From assembly GCF_001194135.2 (NCBI RefSeq), contig NC_068982.1, forward strand, positions 111,660,760 to 111,707,452: a stretch of 46,693 nt of DNA. The letters are read 5' to 3'. The notes below the pieces were generated by a model. It was not told the DNA's origin and searched no databases. It worked only from the letters and a program-made list of their open reading frames with translations. Shown here one piece after another: positions 23,150 to 36,960 of this stretch. This DNA comes from Octopus bimaculoides. Its lineage: Eukaryota. Both the position numbers and the translations under genes were made by a program. The first letter of the stretch is position 1; every line of letters begins with the position of its first letter.

Positions 23150-24660
23150 GCAGACAATATTTAGATTATGTACTGAAGTACTTGTTGCCAAGTGTCTACC
23201 TGGCTTTCAAGTTTGTGACGCCATTAGATTATGGAGCGTCTTTAGGATTTTTCTATTTCTTTTAACTCTTCTAATTTCTTAAATAAATGTATCCAGCCTC
23301 GAACCTTGCCTACACTTTTCTCGTGCGACCCGATTAGGAATATATTCTGAATTTTCATTGTGTGCATCTTGCACCATTAAATTACATTTTGATTTGCTGT
23401 CTTTTTTAGTCTCGGTTCAAAAACTTTTTGCAGAATAACTTAAATTTGTAGCTTGTAAATCAAGGTCTTGCTGTTGAAGAACACTTGATATGGTACCTAC
23501 CTTCACGAATAATTGTGTTGCAAGTTTGGACAAAATGAAACTAAAAATTGATACTATGCAACAGTATTACTGCGTGTTCACCTGCTGGATCTGATGGTTT
23601 TATTTCACATACTGTACTTGAGTCGTAATCATTTTCTTTAAGTTTCTGTGACTCTATCTGGTGTCAGAGAGATTTTTCAGTTGCTGAGCACTCGACTTTA
23701 GGTCGTTTGCATGAATAAAACATACCGTTTACTTGATATGAAAACAAAATTGTGTAGCTTTTGTACCGTATTAGCAATGAAACAATAACGGCCTCATTTT
23801 GCACTTTATACAAATGCAAGGCTCAATAAGTATGTATAGCAGGGAGCATAAAAAACTTTTACACTATAAAGAAGAATTCTCGATGGAAGCCTTTTTTTAC
23901 AATTTAACGTAGTTCCATCGTAAACATGTGTCATTTATAAACCATTTCTTTCCAAAAAGAAGATAATTTCCTCCAGATTTTCACAAGTTGTAAATTCTAA
24001 ATCACACACTTCAATGACACACTCTTTGATTTTATTGTCAGACACATAGCGTAAGCACATAATAGCCTGTTGAATGTAGAAAACATCTGTAGTTTCATCC
24101 ATAAGAAATGATTATATTGTTGTTGCCTTTATTTCATTTAATATTGATTTTCTTACATAAGTGGCCAACGATTTGATTATGTCGTTTTGAAAACTGTTTG
24201 AGAGCATTGACACCTGTGGTTTCTCTTTTTTCAGACTAGATACTCTATAGAGCATTCTAGATGTGTTTTGATAACACTCATTTTTGTCAAACGGTTCGAC
24301 GAATTCAAGAAAATGTTTTTCTTGTCTAAACTTGTTTGGCTTTCATTCTCTCCACTTAACGTTCGCTAGTCCTTGTTGAGCTGAATATAAAGTTGTAATA
24401 TCTATTGTTTATTTATTTCAATATTTTCTTGCATTCTTTGCCACATATTTTTGTTTATTTGCTGCTGCAAAATATTGTTCCAAAGATCTTATACTTGTTC
24501 CGTCTGACCAGATGTTTCCTGTACTTCTGATGATGCATGCTTCTTTACGCTGCACGTACCTGATATCAATAATTTGTTCCTACAGATCTCCATGTTAGTT
24601 TCTGATTTATTTGCTTTCACCGCAATAATCGACAATCGAAGCTATTCATACAAACGAGTT
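23150..24660 (-). pseudogene. hAT-superfamily transposase pseudogene (DUF4371/ZMYM1-like)
   Basis: Minus frame from 24207: MLSNSFQNDIIKSLATYVRKSILNEIKATTI*SFLMDETTDVFYIQQAIMCLRYVSDNKIKE, which carries the DETTD first catalytic Asp; a YDG motif follows (~23915). Stops and frameshifts are present. Confidence 0.8.
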
Positions 24661-26199
24661 CTACAGATTACTCAAGATAAGGTATATTCTTTTCTTTGCG
24701 CTTGTAGAAAGACCGTTCTTTTTTACTGAGGGATAACTTACTACTTACTGGCTTATTTGTCCTTATTGAAGTATTGATAATACAAGAAAAAAAAAACAAA
24801 CTATTTTTTGCCGGGTGATTTATTTTTATACAAATTTTTATATTTTGGTTGTGAGCGTTAATACTTTTGCCATTATAAATATAGATCTCTTTAAACAAGC
24901 TATATTACATGCGTTTCAAATTCTGGCTTATTTTGTTCATAAAAGACTCAGGCCAAACTCCTGCTTACTTCTAATCACACATCTAATAACAATTTGTAAA
25001 ACAGATACAAAAATCAAGCATATTGTGGGTATGTGTGTGTGGGTATATAAAGGCAGCAGGAATTATCATCATAAATTACGATAATTGCGGAAAAAAACAT
25101 TATAAGAAGTATTTTTATTCACTTTTAATGAAAATAATGTTGATTTTAAAAATAAATTTCGTATTAAAATTGGAGAAGTTATAATATCTTGTTTAATATA
25201 TTGTTTATTAATTTTAAAATATAAATGTTAGTCTTTGTACTTTGGTGACTGCAATGAGTTGCACATTTTATAGATTGATTTAAAAATGCTGCAACTAGTA
25301 TCTGAAAAATAAGTGCTTGTAATTTGTTTCGTATTAAAGTATATTTTTTGAATTTTGATTGAAAGGGTACATTTGACATGGAGAACAAAAAATGCAAGAA
25401 TTCAAACACCTAAAGAACTCTCCTTGTACATGTACCTGTGCATATGGGCATAGTTTTATGAATATAGCTATACGCGTGTTTAACTATGTCTTTCTCTCTT
25501 TCCTCTCTCTCTCTCTCGTCCTCTCTCTCTCTATCTCTCTCCCTCTCTCTCTCGTCCTCTCTCTCCATCGTAGATTTAGTATACCTACCTGTACAATGGA
25601 TTTCTCATGGATTTCTCAGACATCAAACCGGTGCCTTTCTGTCCACAAGTCGGTTTGCCAAGATTCTCCAGTTTCCTCTGTATTATGCTGCACACCTCCA
25701 ATCTTCACACCCAATCTTTTAGGACTTAGCTTGCTACTCGTTTCTACATCCTATTTATGTCAAGCAAGCCTTGTGGTACCGGATTGACAATGCTTCGCTG
25801 ATTTGCTTTAATAAAACTGAAACCTGTCTGGAGTTGCTGTCTTACTACCACCGCGTTCTAAATTTGTCACTTCCACCGCATTCTAATTTTGACTAAACTG
25901 AATCAATTTAAATTCGTGAGTTGCCCCCTCTGTATATTTGTTTTAAACCAAAAATAATCATTAAATTAGCATAGAATAGCAGACTGGATTATTTATTGTA
26001 TCTTAACTTGGAATCTCCTGTTGCTGAGAAAGGCATAATACTTCCTAGAAGGGGTGTATTCTGCCATTCAAATCAATAAATAGCAGTAATGCACTAAGGA
26101 TAAGTCAATTATTTTTCACCATTTTGCACAAAAATGCTCTTGCGTGAAGGAGATAAATCAAATTAATTTTGTGTGATTAATATTTTCTAGCTTTACTAC

Positions 26200-26420
26200 T
26201 TAGTTAAACTGGTTGAAGTGGAGAGAGTGAAAAACGTGTGCTCTGCTAAAGAAAAGATTAGATGTGTCGTATTTGATATAGTTTTCTGCCGTGAATATCA
26301 TTAGTCTTGTGATCAAACGTGTCAGAATGAAGGTGCGAGATACAACTAGCTTGTAAAAGAATGAAAGATATGAACATAATGTGTTAGTTGAGAACAATAA
26401 GTTAGACGAGGTACTGATAA
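26200..26420 (-). pseudogene. Possible LINE ORF2 3' end
   Basis: NLFFSRAHVFHSL resembles SFFxRTxxxWNSL. Weak. Confidence 0.3.
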
Positions 26421-26884
26421 AGTAGCATATGAATATCCTGAAATCAGATAAATTTATAAAATTGGAAAAATTAATGGAAACTCAGGGGGTCATAGTTCAA
26501 GGACGGTAGTGTAACAAAATCAACGACATATCATTACACCATTACAATAAAATGTTAAAAGCCAGCTTCACTGCATGTTCATCGATGCAACTTTGCGTTA
26601 GTCTGAAATCTAATATGTCAGGTTTCGATTCATGCGAAAAACAGATGGAAATATACAATTACAGCAATTAAAAAAAAAGAATCATATTTGAAATATAAAG
26701 GACTTAGGAAAGTTTGTGAAATTTGAATTTTAGTTCCTGTGTGAATGGTAGCTTTGTAGGAAGTTGTTGTGGTACGTCACATTAGAGTGTAAATGGAATA
26801 GCTTACAAATATTCTTTTGTTAAATTCTATTACATGAGCTTCCTTCTATATTATACAGTAACTACATATAGAGAGAGAAAAAGA

Positions 26885-26930
<46 letters not shown>

Positions 26931-26969
26931 AAGATAGAAAGAAAAAGAGAGAAACAGAAGGGTGAGGGT

Positions 26970-27000
<31 letters not shown>

Positions 27001-28534
27001 GCAGGCTGTTATTTAAGACTCAGTTTCCTACCTGACCGTACTCCTGGAAGAAAAATAATCTTGCCACTGACATGTTGCAATGTTTTATTTAATAGATAGA
27101 GTTCTATGCCACAGAATTTAAACCAACACTTCTCATAATGCTCTCACTGTTTTGAGATTTGACAAAGCATTTTAACTAACATTTGGTTATATTATATGTT
27201 TTGCTTATTTTGTTCTAAAATTGATAGCATTCACATTTGAACAAGAAAAATATTTGCTCTTAGAAAATATTTTTTCTTTTTTACTTTCGTTTATATTTAC
27301 ACCTATTTAGTTTCACGATATCTTACGTTGCAAAATAGTAAAATTTTTTATTTTTATCTCGGGAATAACACAATAATCTGTAATATAAATTATATAACAT
27401 GATACATTCAGTTTGGAAATACCGATTTAAAATTATTTTGTCAATTCTTCTAAGTCAGAATCCTGGAAGATATGAAAAAGATATCTATAGCCTTTTCCCA
27501 TGTGCTTTAACATTAACAGATGTCATTTATTTGAAGTGATACGCAAATAAATTATAAGCTATTTTAAAGTATTATTTACCAGGAAAGTTAATCAAGGTTC
27601 AAAATTATAACCCCAAATGGTTCAGAGATAGGATATCTATGTGATTGCTCGACTTTCAAGAGAAACTTTCCCCCCTCCCCAAATAAGATCTCATAGTCTT
27701 AAAAGGATTCATTGCATAATGTAGTCCTGTTTATCTTCATGACAGATAGGATGCCTACGGTTGGAACTCTCGTAATCCTATGTCTGCCCGATCACAGCTG
27801 ATCCTGAGTAAAGCAACAGAAGAAACAATGACGACGACGATGATAACGATAACCATGGCACTCTGAAGTGAGGGTGACACTGTATTTCTATTACAAACAG
27901 CATAAGATAGTTCACTCTTCATAACCGAGGCCACCAAATTATAGATATATTCAATAGGGGAAGATAGACGAATGACTTAAGCATTAGTTTCGCTGATGAG
28001 CAGATCCAAAGTTCTCTTCCGGGCTTGGCCCATGATAAAAATGAAAGAAAAAAATGCGAATTTACTTTCAATTCTATCACAATCATTCGAAACTAGAGAA
28101 AAGTTAGTACGAGAAGGCTGCAAGATAATGGTTTCTTTCCAGCAGAGAAAAGTTGACGGAAAAAAGTGTGAGAAACTTATAACTTATCACGAAATATCCC
28201 TCCTCAAGTTAAGATGAGAGATTTTGAACATGTTCACACACATACACACACACGCGCCCGCGCGTATGAATTTCTGATTGGAGATATCTTATATGTTTCT
28301 CCGACATGTACAATTTTGAAAATCCTATTAGCAAATGAAACTCGTGTAATAATGAATAAATAATAACAAAAAAATTTCCCAATCTCCTGTTATGGTAAAA
28401 CTACATTCCAGTATTTTTCCACTCTTATGAATGCCTCATACAATTATAACATCTACATACAATTTTAGAGTACTGGAATATGCAGATGTGTTTCTCGAAG
28501 ACACAGCTTGGATTATAACCGTATTTATACACTA

Positions 28535-29436
28535 CGTATTCTGATCAATAAGTATCAGGACTGTTGCCATGGTAACGAAACTAAAACACGCAGAGTAAAG
28601 CCGCTTGGCACAGATTGACCTTGGACTCTGTTGTGTGTAAGCACCAAGTTTTAATGTTCCAGCTTCCTTCCGCTGTTTACAGTAGTGCTTGGAAGGAATG
28701 GGTGTAGCGTGAGATCGTCGCATTGAACATTATAGAAAGTTGAGCAGAGAATCTGCATCAAATTTTGCCAAAAGCTTGGTGATACCTGCTGAGGGTCCTA
28801 TGCAAAGTTTTCAAAAAGTTTTCAAAAAGTTTTCATCGTTCTCGACACAATCAAGGAGATTTTGTGCAACTGAAACCCGAATGTCCTTTTGGTCAGCTGA
28901 AAGCAGTTTTGGCACAAACTTGGCAAACACGTGTTTCATACCCAAATCTTCTGTGATAATGAACTGAACTGAACCGCAACTATTCTGCACACCCTGATAA
29001 CTCACGAATTGTGGTTCGACGATTTTTTCCTTACAGCTGCACGCATACCTGCGATGTTTTTCTCAGTTCTGCTGGTTTCGAGTCTCCAAGAACGTTTGTC
29101 AATATCAACATTTTTCGGCCATCTTGGAAACGTCTGAACCACTCGTACAGTTGTGTGCAGCTCATACACTCCTCTCTATACACTTTCTTCAGCTTTGCGT
29201 AGGTCTCTCAGCAGGTATCGCCACGACAACTTTCTCTGTCATGGTCAATGCGACGATCACACACTACACCTCTTCCTTCCAAGCACTACTGTAAACAGTG
29301 GATGTGAGCTAGAACGTTAAAACGTGGTGCGCGTGCACAGCAGAGTTTAAGGTCAATCTTTGCCAAGCAGCTTTAATCTACGTGCTTTAGGTTCGTTACT
29401 ATGGCTACAGATCGGATAGTTATTGATCATACCTCG
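28535..29436. mobile_element. Fold-back mariner derivative with two left ends, TA-flanked
   Basis: TA at 28533-34 and 29437-38. About 210 bp of imperfect inverted repeat (28533-28742 vs ~29230-29438). The minus strand encodes ETYAKLKKVY...YEWFRRFQDG and ITEDLGMKHVFAKFVPKLLSADQK (WVPxxL-type linker). The plus strand encodes KVEQRICIKFCQKLGDT. Confidence 0.85.
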
Positions 29437-29464
29437 TATCTATGTATGCACACATATACACACG

Positions 29465-29513
<49 letters not shown>

Positions 29514-29571
29514 GCACACACATGCACACACATGCACACACATACACACACACGTACACATACACACACAC

Positions 29572-29876
29572 NNNNNNNNNNNNNNNNNNNNNNNNNNNNN
29601 NNNNNNNNNNNNNNNNNNNNNNNNNNNNNNNNNNNNNNNNNNNNNNNNNNNNNNNNNNNNNNNNNNNNNNNNNNNNNNNNNNNNNNNNNNNNNNNNNNNN
29701 NNNNNNNNNNNNNNNNNNNNNNNNNNNNNNNNNNNNNNNNNNNNNNNNNNNNNNNNNNNNNNNNNNNNNNNNNNNNNNNNNNNNNNNNNNNNNNNNNNNN
29801 NNNNNNNNNNNNNNNNNNNNNNNNNNNNNNNNNNNNNNNNNNNNNNNNNNNNNNNNNNNNNNNNNNNNNNNNNNNN
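29572..29876. other. Assembly gap (N run)
   Basis: 305 N. Confidence 0.99.
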
Positions 29877-30043
29877 TTACATTTGAAGTCAATTCGTTAA
29901 GTGCCATACACAAAATTCTCTGGCCTTCAGTCACTTTTGTAACTTTCTGTTGTTTAAAAAAAAAAAAATGCATCTATACTCATATTTCAAGTTCTATATT
30001 TCTTGTTTGTTCTACCAAACCTATACACACACGCGTACGGTCA

Positions 30044-30097
<54 letters not shown>

Positions 30098-30234
30098 CAC
30101 ATGTACACAAACACACATACACATAAACACACACAAAGCTTTACTGAAGTCAAAATAAACGACATCTATATTTTAGCCCTGTTCCAGAGCATTTAGAATT
30201 ACGTCAGTGACGGAAAAGCTGTGTTAGTCATATA

Positions 30235-30428
30235 TATTCTTTCTACACTAGGCACAAAGCCCGACATTTTGGAGGAAAGGAACTAGTTGATTACATCGAC
30301 TCCAGTGCGAAACCGGTGCTTATTTTATTGACCCCGAAAGGATAAAAGGCAAAGTCGATCTCGGCGGAATTTGAACTCAGAACGCAAAAGCAGGAGAAAC
30401 GCTCCTAAGCATTTTGCCTGGTGTGCTA
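30235..30428 (-). mobile_element. Short tRNA-derived SINE
   Basis: ggcaaagtcgatctcggcggaatttgaactcagaacg core and B box on the minus strand; tail ctacactaggcacaaagccc. Confidence 0.85.
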
Positions 30429-31288
30429 ATTGTGTTCTAATTTTTCTAATTTTTATTTATGATTTCTCTAACTTTTTATCAGCTCCTGGCGATGTATGTA
30501 GTATATTGTAATTTTTACTTGTATGTGCATGATGAACCGAAGGGAAAGTAGGAATCGTCAAGTTTATAAAATTTACACAAGATCAAACAAGACTAGATAG
30601 GAAATAATTGATAAATTGCATATATATTCTATATATTCCTTACAGAATCGATGATTAATGATGGAAGTACTGTACCTTGCTAAAATAAACAGATAAAGTC
30701 GAAAAGTCAAGAAACACTCTTTGATTTCTGAAGTAAAACGCTAAGGGTCAAGCATTGAAATTTCAATTCTGACAGTAATTTTAACCATAATTCCACTCGC
30801 CTTACCAAGCTTGGACTAACCTTAAATAATCTACACATGTGTTTGGGGTTGATAAAAAAACAGAAGGCGGGGAGCTTCAAATTTTTCCAGTGCTGTATTC
30901 AGTATGGTGCAAATGGCAAATTATAAAAAATTTTGCCAAATAAAAAAAACTTATAAAAAATTTCTAATTTCTTGTCACTCTAGTTATTAGTCAATAATTT
31001 GTACATATTTCTTAATGCTATATACTATTAAAGACATAAGATTAAAAAAAAAGCACGTTATATTTAATAGAATTGTCGGGTGTTACCCAAGAGTAGCGTG
31101 GAAGAAAGATGAACGTTTAATCTGATATTTCACATTGAGTAATTATGGAAGTTTCGAAAGTACACTTTGTTGAGCTATCCCTTGGGTATTAGTTGGCCTT
31201 AACCCGGCCCCGGTCCAAGTCCTTTATAAAATGGCAACAATATGCCAACTTCATCCAGAAGAGAAGACCATGCATATCTATAAATTCC

Positions 31289-31565
<277 letters not shown>

Positions 31566-31769
31566 GACGCATATATGTGACACCACCCACATCAACACTA
31601 CAGCGTAGCTGTCCATTTCATTACTCTTTTACCAGTGTTCGCACACAGTGATTCTACATACTCAAGGAAACGGAAAGAACAACGCTTCATATTCGAACGC
31701 GGTACCATGTTACCGATGGGTTTAAACAAACGCTTTTCCTTCTACTCCTACACATCCTCTCAACTAAAA

Positions 31770-32086
31770 ATATATTAAAACGTACAATTAAAACAGAACA
31801 CAGAGGATTCTGCGGTACACGTGTTTCAAGCATTATACACAAACAGTCGTTGCATCGTTATCTGAGTATATAATTGATAGAAAGGATGGTTTAAAGTTAT
31901 CTTCAGCCGCAAATATATTCAGTCCCAAGATTACATCACAAAGAAGAAATCACAAAGAAAAAAGAAAAAGAGAGACAAAAAGGAGAGAGAAAAAGTGGAA
32001 GTCCACTTGGTATTATCCAATGTAATATGCTTTACCTTTAAATTGCTATATTTATATAGAAGTTCCTCGGTATTACCTCTCAACTA
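31770..32086 (-). mobile_element. Second, solo copy of the same Penelope-like terminal repeat
   Basis: acgtacaattaaaacagaacacagaggattctgcggtacacgtgtttcaagc...gaagtccacttggtattatcca aligns by eye to 21750-22097 in reverse. Confidence 0.7.
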
Positions 32087-32394
32087 GGTAATCCCTATCT
32101 TATCTTTCAGCTCTCCTCTTACTTCAATGTTTCCCTTTCACCTCACCTTGTCCTTTGCCCGTTTTTATCTTTTCTTCTTACCTCTATCACCAAGTTCCTC
32201 CTCCTACTTCCTGTATACTATGATGTTGACTTTCTCTCGCGTTCCTCTTCAGCTGCAACCGATTTAAACACAGAGGACTTAAAACCAGCTGCCTTTCTTA
32301 AATTTCACTTGTGTTAGTTTTTCTCAGATGAAGGTCACTGCCCAAAACGTTGGATTTTTCGCTCGCTGCGTCAGTTTCACGATATTCTTTCTGC

Positions 32395-32426
<32 letters not shown>

Positions 32427-32542
32427 GTACGCACATTCTTACATACGTACAAACAGGATAATAACCGAGGGAAAATAACACTCAACGCATTTAGTTGAGG
32501 CTTTAAGAATACGTCCACATCCTCAGATATACTCAGTCAGAT

Positions 32543-32714
32543 TGGGGAGAATGTATAAGTCGATTAGATCGACCCCAGCACGCAACTGTTACTTAATGTA
32601 TCGACCTCGGAAGGATGAAAGACAAAGTCGACCTCGGTGGAATTTGAACTCAGAACGTAAAGATAGACAAAATACCGCTAAGCATTTCGCCCGGCGTGCT
32701 AACGTTTCTGCCAG
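32543..32714 (-). mobile_element. Short tRNA-derived SINE
   Basis: gacaaagtcgacctcggtggaatttgaactcagaacg...gctaacgtttctgccag. Confidence 0.85.
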
Positions 32715-32753
32715 GAAGATTTAGACTCTTACTTACCCATGGAACAGTCAACC

Positions 32754-32791
<38 letters not shown>

Positions 32792-33190
32792 ATACATATA
32801 CATTCATACGCAAACATAAACACACACACACACACAAACACACACACATAATGAGTATTGCACAATTACTTATCTGCATGTTGCCACTGGTTTTATGCAA
32901 AAACGGCTGCATAAGAAACAAACCCTGCTAGACTCGTTATAAGTACATATTTCACTCGTTATCTAAATTGAGCTCCCTCGATGCATGTTGACATATAAAT
33001 GAAATGTAATTCATTCATTCATTTAAATCATTCATTCATTCATGCATACTTAATATGTATATACACATCTGTACATAAATATGCGTTTACATATATTTGT
33101 ATATATAAGTGTATATATACATACATATCTGTACACATAGACACGCATCTATAGACACATACATACACTTATACATACATTACATTATAT

Positions 33191-33271
<81 letters not shown>

Positions 33272-33794
33272 NNNNNNNNNNNNNNNNNNNNNNNNNNNNN
33301 NNNNNNNNNNNNNNNNNNNNNNNNNNNNNNNNNNNNNNNNNNNNNNNNNNNNNNNNNNNNNNNNNNNNNNNNNNNNNNNNNNNNNNNNNNNNNNNNNNNN
33401 NNNNNNNNNNNNNNNNNNNNNNNNNNNNNNNNNNNNNNNNNNNNNNNNNNNNNNNNNNNNNNNNNNNNNNNNNNNNNNNNNNNNNNNNNNNNNNNNNNNN
33501 NNNNNNNNNNNNNNNNNNNNNNNNNNNNNNNNNNNNNNNNNNNNNNNNNNNNNNNNNNNNNNNNNNNNNNNNNNNNNNNNNNNNNNNNNNNNNNNNNNNN
33601 NNNNNNNNNNNNNNNNNNNNNNNNNNNNNNNNNNNNNNNNNNNNNNNNNNNNNNNNNNNNNNNNNNNNNNNNNNNNNNNNNNNNNNNNNNNNNNNNNNNN
33701 NNNNNNNNNNNNNNNNNNNNNNNNNNNNNNNNNNNNNNNNNNNNNNNNNNNNNNNNNNNNNNNNNNNNNNNNNNNNNNNNNNNNNNNNNNNNNN
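33272..33794. other. Assembly gap (N run)
   Basis: 523 N, flanked by (CA)n and (TA)n. Confidence 0.99.
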
Positions 33795-33825
<31 letters not shown>

Positions 33826-34324
33826 TATATATACGTATATAGATACATTATACGTACATAGATACATATACGTACATAGATACATTATACACACACACAC
33901 ACACACACACACACAAATATTCTACCTATATTTCAGTGTGGACTTGAAAAAAAAGTCCACGTAAAAAACTAAAAAAAAACTTATTTGATATAAAATATGG
34001 TATAAAAGAACAACAAACACCACCCAACGCCCCGAACCCATAACACCAGCAAAATGCAGTACTGTACAACGTGATATGTGCCATAATGCAATTTGAAAAA
34101 AAAAAAATATATATATATATATATGGTTTGTGATTAACTCAGAAAAGTAAATGGAAATTGCAGCAGATAAATTTAAGGAAACTGAGTTGAAGACAAAAAG
34201 TTGTTTTTAGGACAGCTAAATATAGTTTGTAAGATGAACTGTTGAGAGAATCAATAGTGTACTTCACATAGCAATAAATCATATACGCTTTTCTGGAACC
34301 CATTGAAATTTCTAATAACAACCT

Positions 34325-34418
<94 letters not shown>

Positions 34419-34912
34419 GTGTCTATCTCTCTCTTTGTTTCTCTTTCTCAATCTCTATCACTCACGTACAAGCTTTTCCTCTCTTTCTTATCACTCCGGC
34501 TCTTCTCTGTCACTGTTCCTCCCTTTGTATCTTTTATTCTTTCACAAGCACACTCTTTCACAGAAACACTAACAGGCACACACTCTCTCTCTCTCTCTCT
34601 CTCTCGCACACACACACACACACACGCTTCCTCATCTTAGTCTTTCTTATTCCTTTTACCTTTTCCACTCTTTCATCTTTCATGTTTACTTAACCTCTCA
34701 TTCTTATTTCACTCACTCTGCCCCCTCTCTCACTCTCACACACACACACACACATATACACGCACACAAACACACTCACACATACAATACATTTATATAC
34801 ACTCACTCTCCCATAAACACTCACCTGTCTATCTCTGTCCCTCATTCATATATTTTTGCACAACACACTTCTCTCACCTTCTTTCATAATTTTTCTCTCT
34901 CTCTCTCTCTCT

Positions 34913-35064
34913 NNNNNNNNNNNNNNNNNNNNNNNNNNNNNNNNNNNNNNNNNNNNNNNNNNNNNNNNNNNNNNNNNNNNNNNNNNNNNNNNNNNNNNNN
35001 NNNNNNNNNNNNNNNNNNNNNNNNNNNNNNNNNNNNNNNNNNNNNNNNNNNNNNNNNNNNNNNN
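34913..35064. other. Assembly gap (N run)
   Basis: 152 N, flanked by (CT)n and (TA)n. Confidence 0.99.
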
Positions 35065-35098
<34 letters not shown>

Positions 35099-35458
35099 GT
35101 ATAAGGTCCTCTTGATGTTGGTCTGTTGGGCCGAAGGAGTGTCACTCTAATGTCTAAAACCGCAAATATGACCAAAATTTTACTTGAGGAATTGTCTCTA
35201 CCATATCTGCTATCAACGACAATTCACGTTCGTCGTCTTCTTACTTGGTTCATATGCACACACACACACACACACACACACATTTATCTTCTTTTAATTC
35301 TCTCCCATACATACACTCTTACTCTCTCTCTCCCACCCTCTCTCCATCATATAACTTTTTAAATATACCTGCACCTTTCTCTTCATTTTTACTAAACACC
35401 CATCCCTCACTTTGCGACCCATTTCTCTGCCTCCCCTCTTTCCTCTCCTTCAGTCTCT

Positions 35459-35500
<42 letters not shown>

Positions 35501-36334
35501 TACCTTCTCTCTCCTTTCTACTAGCTTTTCTCTTTTCATTTCCTCCTTACCCCCTCTTCCTTCTCCTTACGTCTCTCTCCTCTCCACTCCTCTGTTCCTC
35601 TTGTTCGTTCAGCTCTCTCACCACCTCCGCTTTCTATATGTTCCGTGTTAGTTGGTAGATTTATATTAATATATATATATATATATATAAATTAGATCTG
35701 TATATTGGACGAATGCGGTCGATTGGCAGAATCGGTAGAGTGCCTAACAAACATACCTTACGGTATTGTGCCGGGTCTTCGATTCACGTTCTGAGTTTTA
35801 ATCCCTGCATTTCACTATTCCATGATCCGTCAAATATGCCTGATTTCTCAATGTCACTGTTATGAGACAAGCACTGAACCATCTACATTTATACTTTCAG
35901 TTAGGTGCGAGTTAACATATTTAGTGCAATGAACCAACATATTGTTTAAACAATTCAATTTAACATCGGATTGAAAATAAATGACGTTTGTATTAATGAC
36001 AGAAATTGTCGAGGAAGGCAAGAAAAGGAAGTCCAAAATTAAAACAAGACCTTTGATTCAGATGGATTCCAGGCATGACCAACTCAACTTTTACCAGATT
36101 TAGGTTTTATTCATTTATGGTTTTACTCATTGGACTGCGGCCATATCAGAGTACTACCTTCAGCTATTTTTAGACATCGTAGTGATCCCCGCTATTAATT
36201 AATTCAGTCCGGTACTTTATCGCGTTCTCGTTCGTTTTATTTTCCCCCTACTTTTATGTTTTTGTCCATCTTTGTACTGTCCATCTATATTTAGCCTCCT
36301 GTGGGCAATAAAGAAATCGTTGTTACAGTAATCT

Positions 36335-36515
36335 GAAATAGAAGTGTCAAAGCGCGATATTCGAGCAATTTTGTTATTCAACTTCAAAAAAGGACGTAAA
36401 GCAGCTGAAACTGTTCGCAGTATCAACGAAACGTTTGGTGTGAAAATGACCAGTTAGTGGTCAGCTCGAAAATGGTTTAAACGATTTCGCAGTAGAGAGT
36501 TGAGCCTTGAAGATC
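36335..36515 (+). pseudogene. Mariner transposase N-terminal HTH fragment
   Basis: EVSKRDIRAILLFNFKKGRKAAETVRSINETFG...KWFKRFRSRELSLED resembles the Mos1/SETMAR-type HTH. Confidence 0.8.
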
Positions 36516-36619
36516 GTTGTGTAGCATGCAAAAGTTTGTCTTCGTATTTCATGTTGTGTACGTTTTATGAAGTCCTGTACCCATTTATGCATGTATATAT
36601 ACATATATATGTAAGTATG

Positions 36620-36960
36620 GACCTATATATATCGTCGTCATCGGTTGTCTGTCGTCGGTCAACGTTGGCTGTTCTGTTTGCAGCAGCGATGATATTGCTT
36701 GACGCAACGGAGAAGTGATGCCTCTCATGTGCTCTTTCTTATTCTCTCTGTTGTTTCTTCTCGATTGCTGGAATTATTAGTTTCAGTGACCGGTACCATT
36801 CATCGCGCCGCATGGCCTTCCCCTCCAAGGTATCTAGGGAAATACTTGACTTATTCACATGACTCTTCTGCCTATCTCTGTATTGCAATCTTTGGCCACA
36901 ATGGGTCCTCCTGCTCCGTCATAGTCCCGCAATGAAAACTGCCTTTAGGACCCTACTACT
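36620..36960 (-). pseudogene. Possible RTE-clade LINE 3' end
   Basis: Minus-strand IEKKQQRE...NIIAAANRTANVDRRQTTDDD resembles RTE C-termini. Confidence 0.4.

Noticed and set aside
27755-27937. Possible minus-strand exon encoding a hydrophobic stretch (VIVIIVVVIV) after a cag acceptor
   Set aside because: The hydrophobic run comes from a (GAC/GAT)n-like repeat. All frames stop soon, and there is no recognisable homology or donor site.
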